Origin: Gammaproteobacteria bacterium
GTDB lineage: Bacteria > Pseudomonadota > Gammaproteobacteria > Enterobacterales > Alteromonadaceae
Reading direction: 5' to 3'
DNA: 64,000 bases
Assembly (NCBI GenBank): GCA_017302255.1
Contig: JAFLDV010000001.1
Coordinates: 126,237-190,236 of the forward strand
A program made the position numbers and the translations under genes. Below are positions 56,047-64,000 of the stretch, piece by piece (the first letter of the stretch is position 1; the number at the start of each line of letters is the position of its first letter). The notes below the pieces were generated by a model. That model worked only from the letters and a program-made list of their open reading frames with translations, made no database searches and was not told the origin of the DNA.

Positions 56047-57780
56047 TTAGTCCAGCTGAGTTTTAGCCGCTGGTTTCGCTTCAGCGACAAGTTTGCCGCC
56101 CACGTATGTTTGTAGGACTGTTGTTTGCCAAATCTGCTTCGGATCAACGGTAAAAATATCTTGGTCAAGGAGGATAAAGTCAGCCCATTGCCCTTGGCTT
56201 AAGCTGCCCATTGCTTGTTCTTGATAGGCGCCGTAAGCGGCATCTGTGGTGAAACAACGCAGCGCTTCTACCAAACTTAACTTCTGCTCAGGTAACCAAC
56301 CACCTTCTGGTTGATTATTATGGTCTTGGCGAGTGACCGCAGCGTGCAAGCCATGAAACGGGTTCGCCAACTCTACCGGATAATCGGAACCGCAAACGAC
56401 GGGGTTGCCCATATCAACGAGCGTGCGCCAAGCATAAGCGCCGCGTAAACGGGCTACACCTAAACGATCGCCAGCCATGTTTTTATCGGACGTGGCATGG
56501 GTTGGTTGCATGGATGGCAGTACTTGCAACCTGGCAAATCGCGCTAAATCCTTTGGCGCAATCACTTGCGCATGTTCAACACGATTGCGGCTTTTCGCTC
56601 GCGCAGCTGGTGTTTGCAGCACTTCAAAGCGATCCAAAACCAAGCGGTTGGCTCTATCGCCGATAGCATGCACATTGGCTTGGAAGCCGCTATCGAGCGT
56701 AAGCTTCATCACTGCGGTAAGTGCGTCTGGTTGAGTTAACAGTAACCCCATTTCACCTGGTTTATCGTCATAAGCGGAAAGCAGAGCCGCGCCGCGACTG
56801 CCCAAAGCGCCGTCGCCATAAATTTTCACCGAGCGCACATCGAGGATATCCTGCGGATCGTCAATTGGTCCTGCGGCGAGTCGTGTTGCTAAGTTCGCAT
56901 CTGTCGCCGATAACATCGCATAAATGCGCAGTGGGATTTTATGTTCGCTCGCCATTTGCTGATAAACCGAAAGATTGGCTTCATCGACGCCGGCATCATG
57001 GGTACTAGTGATACCGAGCGCTAACAAATGTTGGTAAGCCGCATTCAGTGCCGCGGCTATTTCAGCTGCGTTTGGTTTGGGAATTTGTTTTTCAATTAAT
57101 AACATGGCGTTATCTATTAACACGCCAGTCGGGTTGCCTTGTTTATCGCGCTGAATTTGACCACCCGGTGGGTCGATACTGTCTTTGTTAATGCCTGCGA
57201 GTTGCAAGGCTTTGCTGTTCGCCCAACCAGCATGGCCGTCGACACGGGATAACCAGACTGGCCGATCTTTAACTGCTTCGTCGATTAACGCTAAGGTTGG
57301 GAATTGTTTGCTTGGCCAGAGGACTTGGTTCCAGCCACGACCTAAAATCCATTGTGCTTGCGGCTGTTGTTTAGCAAATGCCGTTACTTTGGCCACGGCA
57401 TGAGCCTCGCTATTGGTATCGCGAAGTTCGACTTGGCTGAGGTTTTGCCCCAAATTGAGCACATGGCCATGGCCGTCGATCAATCCGGGGATTAGTGCTT
57501 GGCCTTTGGCATCGATGATTTTTGCCTCGGCATATTCTTTGGCTAAATCCGCGTTACCACGGGCGAGCACTTTGCCGGAAGCATCATCAAACACCAAAGT
57601 TTGAAATTGCACTAACTGGCGTTTCTCGTCAAAGCCATAACCTTGTGCGTTGGTGACTACAACTGGCGCGGCCATCGCTTGGCTGACGCCAGCAACAGCT
57701 AATGCCACGCAGCTTAATTTGCATAGCATCACTTTGCTAAATAAACGTGGGGATGCGGTCCCTTTCCTTGATAACGACAT
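56047..57780 (-). CDS. secreted amidohydrolase-3-family metallohydrolase (YtcJ-like)
   Basis: Signal peptide. GLIDGHGHV HxH motif. Start at the ATG 57780 with an AGGAG RBS. Confidence 0.7.
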   Translation of the reverse strand: MSLSRKGTASPRLFSKVMLCKLSCVALAVAGVSQAMAAPVVVTNAQGYGFDEKRQLVQFQTLVFDDASGKVLARGNADLAKEYAEAKIIDAKGQALIPGLIDGHGHVLNLGQNLSQVELRDTNSEAHAVAKVTAFAKQQPQAQWILGRGWNQVLWPSKQFPTLALIDEAVKDRPVWLSRVDGHAGWANSKALQLAGINKDSIDPPGGQIQRDKQGNPTGVLIDNAMLLIEKQIPKPNAAEIAAALNAAYQHLLALGITSTHDAGVDEANLSVYQQMASEHKIPLRIYAMLSATDANLATRLAAGPIDDPQDILDVRSVKIYGDGALGSRGAALLSAYDDKPGEMGLLLTQPDALTAVMKLTLDSGFQANVHAIGDRANRLVLDRFEVLQTPAARAKSRNRVEHAQVIAPKDLARFARLQVLPSMQPTHATSDKNMAGDRLGVARLRGAYAWRTLVDMGNPVVCGSDYPVELANPFHGLHAAVTRQDHNNQPEGGWLPEQKLSLVEALRCFTTDAAYGAYQEQAMGSLSQGQWADFILLDQDIFTVDPKQIWQTTVLQTYVGGKLVAEAKPAAKTQLD

Positions 57781-57821
57781 AACCTGCTCCTGGGATTCGG
57801 TAGGGCGGGGACGCAATGCTT

Positions 57822-58757
57822 TTAGCGATATTTTTTCTTTGCTTTACGTGCCCGTTCTTTTTCGCGCTCAGCTTTTTCTTTTTCTATCCGCGCTTGTTCT
57901 AACTTAGCATCGGCTAATTCTTGTGTCACCATATCTGGCGTTTCCAGAGTCACGGGACCAAACAAACCGGCGCGCAGTTCGGTAATTAAAATAGCGCCGG
58001 CTTTGTTTAAATCGACAACACCGCCTCGCACCATACAACCGCGGCGCTCGCCAATAGCATCTAACAACGCAATGTCATTCTCTGGTTGTTCTTTTAACTG
58101 ATATCGCGCCATCACTTGCTGCGGATAAGCTTTTAATAAATAGTCAGCGGCAAACATCGCAATGTCGGCATAGTCAAACGCAGTATCTTTGATAGCTCCA
58201 GTAACCGCTAAACGATAACCACAGCTAGCCGGGCTTAACTTCGGCCATAAAAAGCCTGGTGTGTCGGTCAAAATCACATTGTTATCGAGTTTGATCCGTT
58301 GCTGGGCTTTGGTGACACCAGCTTCGTTGCCGGTCTTAGCAATAATTCGACCGGCTAGGGTATTGATTAACGTGGATTTACCAACGTTTGGAATACCCAT
58401 AATCATTGCGCGTGGACCACGAACGTCAAAGTTACGGTCTGGCAATAACTCAGTACACAAGTCTAACAAAGCCCGAATTTGTTCCGGATTTTGCTGACTG
58501 ATCGGGATGGCTTTCACGCCCGCTTGTTGTTCGTAGTGTTGCTGCCACAATGCAGTAATTGCCGGATCGGCTAAGTCAGCTTTGTTCAATACTTTAATAC
58601 AAGGAGTGTCGCCTCGAAGTTCGGGCACCAGCGGATTTTCGCTAGAGAACGGAATACGCGCATCAATCATCTCGATAATCACGTCAACTTGTGGCATGAC
58701 TTCGGCAATTTCTTTGCGGGCTTTGTGCATATGGCCCGGGAACCAGTTAATCGACAT
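57822..58757 (-). CDS. ylqF: ribosome biogenesis GTPase YlqF/RbgA with Lys/Arg/Glu-rich C-terminal tail
   Basis: MSINWFPGHMHKA start typical of YlqF. Circularly permuted GTPase motifs (NKADL before GIPNVGKST). C-terminal EKAEREKERARKAKKKYR. Confidence 0.8.
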   Translation of the reverse strand: MSINWFPGHMHKARKEIAEVMPQVDVIIEMIDARIPFSSENPLVPELRGDTPCIKVLNKADLADPAITALWQQHYEQQAGVKAIPISQQNPEQIRALLDLCTELLPDRNFDVRGPRAMIMGIPNVGKSTLINTLAGRIIAKTGNEAGVTKAQQRIKLDNNVILTDTPGFLWPKLSPASCGYRLAVTGAIKDTAFDYADIAMFAADYLLKAYPQQVMARYQLKEQPENDIALLDAIGERRGCMVRGGVVDLNKAGAILITELRAGLFGPVTLETPDMVTQELADAKLEQARIEKEKAEREKERARKAKKKYR

Positions 58758-58985
58758 AACCAACCTGTAAAAAAGCATCTAATAATGCGCATAGTTTACC
58801 TTGTTCACTGGGTGCGCCCCTGCATTTTTTTGGTTTGCAGGGCAAAAAAAGCCAAATTGCGCGGGTTTTTTCATATTTTTGCCAAAAAAACCGTGAATTT
58901 GTTACAGTTTTTCCGGTCTATGCTGCTGGAATATGCGTATCCTATGGGCATCAGGGCCCAGTCAATTCATTTTAGGGAGAAAATA

Positions 58986-60455
58986 ATGTCCGGTGTTTTT
59001 CGAGCCTCTGCCGCTGTGTTGTCGGTTTTTGCTGCGCAGTTGCTTGCTGCTTCTTCTGCTTTTGCTGTCAGTTTTCAACCGAAAACGGTGCCATTAGGCC
59101 ATCCAGCAAATGGCGATATTGTGCATTTAACCGGGAGTTCACTGCTCGCAGTCTCTGGCCACAATACCGAAAAACGCTGGTTGAGTATGATTGACGTGAC
59201 CTCTGGCAAAGCGACTCCAGTGCCATTGCTCAAACAATTGCAGTTTTTTCAGCGCGCAAAATTGGCAGGCTCTGAACAACATCAATTGGTTGGTCTAGCG
59301 ACTGACGGACTCTGGCGTTTTGATATCAGCGCCCAAAAATGGCTGCCGCTGGTTACTGGCAGTTCAATGTACCGAGTCGTCGATGCAAAACGGTTATTAA
59401 GTTTGGATTTTAGTTTTGATCTGAATGGCGATGGCCTCAGCGACTTTTTAGTTCCAGATTTTAATGCTTGGCATTTGTTCATACAGCAAGCGGACGGCAG
59501 TTTTGTGCAAGACGATTTGGCGCTGGATAGTGAAATGATGGTCTTCAATGACCGGTCAAACTATGAGGCGAAAAAGCCACAAATTGTTGATTTAAATGCT
59601 GATGGTCGTCTTGATGTCGCGTTCGCAGTTGATGATAGTTTGACGGTGTTTGCGCAATCGCCAGCAGGGCGTTTTACCACAAGTTATTCGTTACCTTTAG
59701 GTGTGGGTTTAACACCTGATGCGCAGGCGCAGCAACGTCCTGGCGATGGCCGTAGTTTTGAAAATTTGGTGTTGACGCGATTAGAGCGCTTAGCAGATAT
59801 CAACGGTGACGGTGTGGTCGATGTCGTGGTGCAACAACAGCATTATATTGATGCAATGGAGCAAAATTACAATTACCTCATCCATTACGGCAGCTTGCAA
59901 AATGAATGGGTGCGCTTTAAGGGTAAACCTGATCAGCAAATCAACACGTCGGGCATCCAATTTGATGTGACCTTTGCCGATTTAGATAATGACAAGCGGC
60001 TAGATTTTTATACTCCAGTTGCGCAAATTGGTATTGGCGCCATAGTGCGAGCATTGGTCTCCGGAAGTGCGGATATTGAAATGCAATTTTACAAACAACG
60101 TCCGGACGGCAGTTTTGGTGATAAACCAACTTACCGGCAGGAAATGACGGTTGAGATTAAAATCACTAGCGGTCAGGTCAATATGTCAGTCGCGACGGTG
60201 TTAAAAGGCGCAGACGGCAAAGCTAGTTTGTTGCTGGCTGATGATGAAGATACACTTCGGGTCTACGCCCCAGTTGGTGCTAAGCTATTCTCTGACAAGA
60301 GCGTTAAACAAAGTATTGAGTTGCCACTACGTGGTATCGAAAGTATGGTCGTTGACGTTAATGGCGATGGCAAAGAAGACTTGGTGTTGCCTTATACCAA
60401 TCAGGAAAGCAAAGCGAGTTTGACCAACCAAGTGCAGATCTTGCTGCAACAATGA
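58986..60455 (+). CDS. secreted FG-GAP/VCBS-type repeat beta-propeller protein
   Basis: Signal peptide MSGVFRASAAVLSVFAAQLLAASSAFA. Repeated Ca-binding-like loops DLNGDGLSDFLVPDF, DLNADGRLDVAFA, DINGDGVVDVVV, DVNGDGKEDLVLP. AGGGAGA RBS before the ATG 58986. The ORF-track start (58689) overlaps ylqF. Confidence 0.6.
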   Translation: MSGVFRASAAVLSVFAAQLLAASSAFAVSFQPKTVPLGHPANGDIVHLTGSSLLAVSGHNTEKRWLSMIDVTSGKATPVPLLKQLQFFQRAKLAGSEQHQLVGLATDGLWRFDISAQKWLPLVTGSSMYRVVDAKRLLSLDFSFDLNGDGLSDFLVPDFNAWHLFIQQADGSFVQDDLALDSEMMVFNDRSNYEAKKPQIVDLNADGRLDVAFAVDDSLTVFAQSPAGRFTTSYSLPLGVGLTPDAQAQQRPGDGRSFENLVLTRLERLADINGDGVVDVVVQQQHYIDAMEQNYNYLIHYGSLQNEWVRFKGKPDQQINTSGIQFDVTFADLDNDKRLDFYTPVAQIGIGAIVRALVSGSADIEMQFYKQRPDGSFGDKPTYRQEMTVEIKITSGQVNMSVATVLKGADGKASLLLADDEDTLRVYAPVGAKLFSDKSVKQSIELPLRGIESMVVDVNGDGKEDLVLPYTNQESKASLTNQVQILLQQ

Positions 60456-62044
60456 CGTGGTTGTTAGCCCGTGCTTATGGGCACTTGTTACTGCTTGGCC
60501 TTTGCGCTTGGGGGCTAATGTGGCTCCTTTGCGCTTGGCTTGCTCAGGCGTTGGTGTTTTTCATGCCCGCAGCCGACGCCGTGTTGTGGAGTTCACTCGC
60601 GGGTTTGCCAATTGTTTTGCTGGTTGGCTGGTTTGGTATTTCGCGCCGAGCGCTCAAGCAAATGCACAAATACTGGGGGCTATTGCTCATCACATTCGTG
60701 ACCGTGATTTGGAGCAGTGGCACCGCCAGTTATTTTCGAATTGAATTAGATACTTGGTCTTTACCACAAGCTGCTCAAGAACAATTGGCTGTGCAGCAAA
60801 AGAGTGAAGCAGGGCTTGATGACATCGCGTTGCAAGCGCTCACAGCTACTGCGATACCAATGGTTCAGCTGCACTTGCAAGAGCAAGCTGCAACCGCAAA
60901 CACTTGGTATATACAGCTGCCCAGTGCTCGCGCGCCATATTTCACCCTGAATTGGCAGAGCGCCGATCGTAGCATGCATCAGCAACTCCTTGACCGTTCT
61001 GGCAAACCCCTTGTTGCGGCAGCTGAAGTAAAATGGTCGGATCCGCCGCGACTTGGCAGCTGGTTTTTTCAACTCCATTACACCTTGTTCGGAGCTCTCG
61101 GCGACGTCAGTCGGTATGTCGTAGCATTCACTGCACTATTGCTATTGTGGTTAAGTTTGAGCGGCATACGTTTATGGCTAATAAGACGAAAATATGCAGA
61201 GCAAGCGAGTGCCTCTTCGCAGCTACGCCAACAAGTAGTCGCGCTGACGCCTGCTGTCACCAAAGCTGCTGTCGCCAAAGCTGAGCATTGGCATATTTGG
61301 TCTGGGCTCATGGCATTGCCAAGTTTATTGCTGGTCAGTACTAGTGCTTTAGTGACGATGTTGTGGCAGTTAAACACTAGTCCGCTGAACACCTTATACG
61401 CTGAGAATAACGGGCAGTTTTATGCTGAAGTACTGCCTTGGCTTGGTGGCAGTCACCAAGCTGTTGGCACGTCACCCGTGGTAAACTTGCAGCAGTTGTT
61501 GGCGGCGCATTCTCGTTTTCCTGTTGGAAAAATTCAGGTAAATCAACCAGGAGCTGACAATAGCACAGTGCTTTTGACGCAGGCGGCTGAGAGCCAAGTT
61601 AGCAATCAACTGGCGCAAGTAGTTTATGACCGGCAGGGGCAAGTGCTGCAATCCAGCGACAGTCAGAGTCGCGCAGGCATGCAGCTACGCAGTTATTGGT
61701 ATGGTCTGCATCAGGCGTTGTTTGCCGGACCCTTGCTTCGCATGTTGATGGCAATCGCCAGTGCATTGTTACTGCTGGTGATGTGGTTTGGACTTCGGCA
61801 ATGGCGAGCTCGAACGGTGTTAGCGTGGTATTGGCAGGCGCTCGTATCGACGATATTGCCCGGCGTGCCGCTGGTGATGTTGAGCATGGTAGCGGTTTTG
61901 CCGTTGTGGTCGCAATTCGCACAGATGCCTTCAGCATTATTTACTGAACATCCGTCTTATGCAGGGCAATTGTTAGTCGGTCTTGGCTTGTGCCTGATGA
62001 TTAACTTGTGGCGATTTAAATTGCTTCGAACCAACCAGCAATAA
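60452..62044 (+). CDS. PepSY-associated TM (PepSY_TM) membrane protein
   Basis: Multiple TM helices separated by two periplasmic loops, typical PepSY-TM layout. ATGA start/stop overlap with the FG-GAP gene. Confidence 0.55.
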   Translation: MTWLLARAYGHLLLLGLCAWGLMWLLCAWLAQALVFFMPAADAVLWSSLAGLPIVLLVGWFGISRRALKQMHKYWGLLLITFVTVIWSSGTASYFRIELDTWSLPQAAQEQLAVQQKSEAGLDDIALQALTATAIPMVQLHLQEQAATANTWYIQLPSARAPYFTLNWQSADRSMHQQLLDRSGKPLVAAAEVKWSDPPRLGSWFFQLHYTLFGALGDVSRYVVAFTALLLLWLSLSGIRLWLIRRKYAEQASASSQLRQQVVALTPAVTKAAVAKAEHWHIWSGLMALPSLLLVSTSALVTMLWQLNTSPLNTLYAENNGQFYAEVLPWLGGSHQAVGTSPVVNLQQLLAAHSRFPVGKIQVNQPGADNSTVLLTQAAESQVSNQLAQVVYDRQGQVLQSSDSQSRAGMQLRSYWYGLHQALFAGPLLRMLMAIASALLLLVMWFGLRQWRARTVLAWYWQALVSTILPGVPLVMLSMVAVLPLWSQFAQMPSALFTEHPSYAGQLLVGLGLCLMINLWRFKLLRTNQQ

Positions 62045-62086
62045 AACATCGCTGGTTGGATTACAGAGTAGTGGCGCCAAAAAAAT

Positions 62087-62959
62087 TTATGATTGGCTGG
62101 TGATGCTTAAACTTGCGCAAAGCTTTGGCATCTTTTCGGCAGTCATGCCCTCATGCAGAAAACTCGAGGTTGAGCTTAAGCTTGCACGGGTTTTGTCGTC
62201 TGCCGCCATCACTTGATCTATCCACGTGCTATGTTTGGAAACCCTGGTATATAACTCTTTGACGCCGTATTCGCCGACATCTTTAAACCAAGAATCGACT
62301 CTAGAACTCACACCTAATAAATAATAACCGTCAGATTTTGCCAAAAACGCTGGACCGCCACTGTCACCATTGCCAGAGACACCTTCTAGTTCCAATGCCT
62401 TGTCACCAGTGTCGAAAATGAACTGCAGATCCGAGCCAGTCACAGCTGAAACTTGATTTTGCGCTTTGCGCAGAACACCTTTGTTGTCTTTATAGCCAAC
62501 GGTTTCGCCGGTTAATCCATGTCCTGTGCCGCCACTGCCGATAAACCATAGCGTTTGCTGTTTTTCATCATGCTGGCGGTATAGTTTGGCTGGTTGCACA
62601 CTCAATACCGGCTTAGCCAATTTAATTAATGCCAGATCATTTTGTCCGCCAAGTTGATAACTTGGAAAACTGTAACGCGCTTGTACGGCGACTAATTCAT
62701 TGCCGACTTTAATTGTTTGCCCTTCTCCCAAGCAAAAAACCGTATGGGCAGCGGTTAACACCCACTCAGGGGCAATCAAAGTGCCGTGTACGCCGATATT
62801 GTAGAAAGTGACTAAGGGTGGAAAATCCGCAGCTGTAGCCAAATAGTTTTCAGCGGGCTTGTCATGGCGGATCACGATTGCAGAAGCTGGCAGGGCAAAC
62901 AAACTAGTCGCAAGCAAACCGCAACAGCCAAATAGTCTTCGAATAGCAATGTTGTTCAT
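62087..62959 (-). CDS. secreted trypsin-like (S1) serine protease
   Basis: Signal peptide. His motif VLTAAHTV. Ser motif GDSGGPAF. Asp region NDLALIKL. Confidence 0.7.
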   Translation of the reverse strand: MNNIAIRRLFGCCGLLATSLFALPASAIVIRHDKPAENYLATAADFPPLVTFYNIGVHGTLIAPEWVLTAAHTVFCLGEGQTIKVGNELVAVQARYSFPSYQLGGQNDLALIKLAKPVLSVQPAKLYRQHDEKQQTLWFIGSGGTGHGLTGETVGYKDNKGVLRKAQNQVSAVTGSDLQFIFDTGDKALELEGVSGNGDSGGPAFLAKSDGYYLLGVSSRVDSWFKDVGEYGVKELYTRVSKHSTWIDQVMAADDKTRASLSSTSSFLHEGMTAEKMPKLCASLSITSQS

Positions 62960-63267
62960 TGTGACGTCCTTTATCAGTAGTTAGCTGTTTTCAGGTTGGC
63001 ATAAAAAATAAAGCTATTTAAGTCAATAAATGTAAGGGGATATGTGATCAAGTGAGCAACTCGAGCTGATGCGTTATCACCTTTAGTTATAGACGAATAC
63101 TTTTTGATTCTTTTTATTTTGACCAAAATCTATTAGGCTGCGCATCTTGGGATGTTCAGACGTCTGAATATCCATGTTCTGTGCGGCGGTTAAGCTTCGC
63201 TAAAATCCGGCGCAGAATGTTGGCAATAGTCACCGAAACACGGTGCAGATTTTGGGCGGAATGAACT

Positions 63268-64000
63268 TTGGCATTGTTTCAACGCAAACATAAACCGGTA
63301 TTGCCAGGCTTTGGCTTGTCGATGGGGTTTACTTCCTTTTATATCAGCCTATTGGTATTTTTGCCGCTTGCCGCATTAGTACTAAAAACGCTGGAATTAG
63401 ATTGGGATAGCTTTGTCAAAGTGGTCGCCAGTAAACGCGCGATTGCCAGTTATCAGCTGACGTTTGGCGCTTCATTTGTGGCAGCGTTAATTAACTTAGT
63501 CTTCGGATTATTGGTGGCTTGGGTGCTAGTTCGTTATCAATTCCCTGGCAAGAAAATTCTAGACGCCTTGGTTGATTTGCCTTTTGCCTTACCAACCGCA
63601 GTCGCTGGTATTGCGTTAACCGCGTTATATGCGCCGAACGGTTGGATCGGTCAGTATTTTGCTGCACTCGATATCAAAATTGCTTACACACCTATTGGTA
63701 TTACCTTGGCGCTAGTCTTTATCGGTTTGCCGTTTGTGGTAAGGACGGTGCAGCCAGTACTAGAAGATTTAGAAAAAGAATTAGAAGAAGCCGCCGCTAG
63801 CCTCGGTGCAAATCGCTGGCAAACTTTTTGCCGAGTGATATTCCCGGCGTTGATCCCATCGCTATTAACCGGCTTCGCCTTAGCATTCGCTAGAGCTATT
63901 GGTGAGTACGGTTCGGTCGTGTTTATCAGTGGCAACATGCCGTTTCGTACTGAAATTACCCCATTGTTAATCATGTCACGTCTTGAACAGTTTGATTACG
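63268..64000 (+). CDS. cysT: sulfate/thiosulfate ABC transporter permease CysT (CysU), 3'-truncated at window edge
   Basis: [27 protein letters not shown]...[26 protein letters not shown] is colinear with E. coli CysU. The start codon is uncertain: TTG at 63268 or 63274 after an in-frame TGA at 63262. Confidence 0.6.
   Translation, partial: MALFQRKHKPVLPGFGLSMGFTSFYISLLVFLPLAALVLKTLELDWDSFVKVVASKRAIASYQLTFGASFVAALINLVFGLLVAWVLVRYQFPGKKILDALVDLPFALPTAVAGIALTALYAPNGWIGQYFAALDIKIAYTPIGITLALVFIGLPFVVRTVQPVLEDLEKELEEAAASLGANRWQTFCRVIFPALIPSLLTGFALAFARAIGEYGSVVFISGNMPFRTEITPLLIMSRLEQFDY

Noticed and set aside
58689-58985. Long N-terminal extension of the FG-GAP gene (ORF-track start 58689)
   Set aside because: It overlaps the 3' end of ylqF by about 70 nt and translates to non-protein-like sequence. 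An AGGGAGA RBS precedes the ATG at 58986, which starts a typical signal peptide.
63684-63974. ORF 63684..63974(-)
   Set aside because: It is antisense to a well-supported cysT reading frame.

Overview
This 64-kb window looks like chromosomal DNA from a marine gammaproteobacterium, about 47% GC. The Alteromonadales-like guess rests on a GH13 alpha-amylase that closely resembles the Pseudoalteromonas haloplanktis enzyme AHA and on a PEP-CTERM protein. Most of the window is ordinary single-copy genes with intrinsic terminators between them. These include chemotaxis genes (cheV plus a 932-aa MCP and an MCP remnant), a TonB-dependent receptor, gor, rmuC, a prolyl oligopeptidase, amyA, an ABC-2 transporter with an amidohydrolase, an OYE-family reductase (nemA-like), cysM with an EamA/DMT transporter, ylqF, FG-GAP and PepSY proteins, and the 5' part of cysT at the right edge. 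No integrase, transposase, phage structural gene or CRISPR array is visible. Five places deserve a second look. (1) rtcR and rtcB sit divergently with a textbook sigma-54 promoter on the rtcB side. rtcA is absent. Directly downstream of rtcB on the same strand are two tandem tRNA-like elements with T-arms, D-arms and, in one, an acceptor stem plus an encoded ACCA, but no anticodon loop, which is what Y-RNA/YrlA-type tRNA mimics look like. (2) Immediately after those elements is a tightly packed minus-strand module: an SPFH/band-7 protein, a small J-domain protein and three uncharacterised acidic proteins joined by stop/start overlaps. I cannot assign it to any described system. (3) A 1.1-kb non-coding stretch upstream of a BlaI/BlaR1-like pair is saturated with nested palindromes. 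It holds a 593-bp segment bounded by 23-bp inverted repeats, 2.4 copies of a 97-bp tandem repeat, and three copies of a 12-bp-stem hairpin motif that also occurs at 1231-1266. (4) The BlaI-family repressor gene has an ideal -35 box and two TACA/TGTA-type operator dyads over its -10 and SD, next to a TonB-dependent receptor and a sterol-desaturase-family gene. (5) A second REP-like palindrome family (GCAGAGTC...GACTCT) occurs at 31341-31380 and 36341-36373. Everything was read from the sequence by eye. No database search or RNA folding was run.
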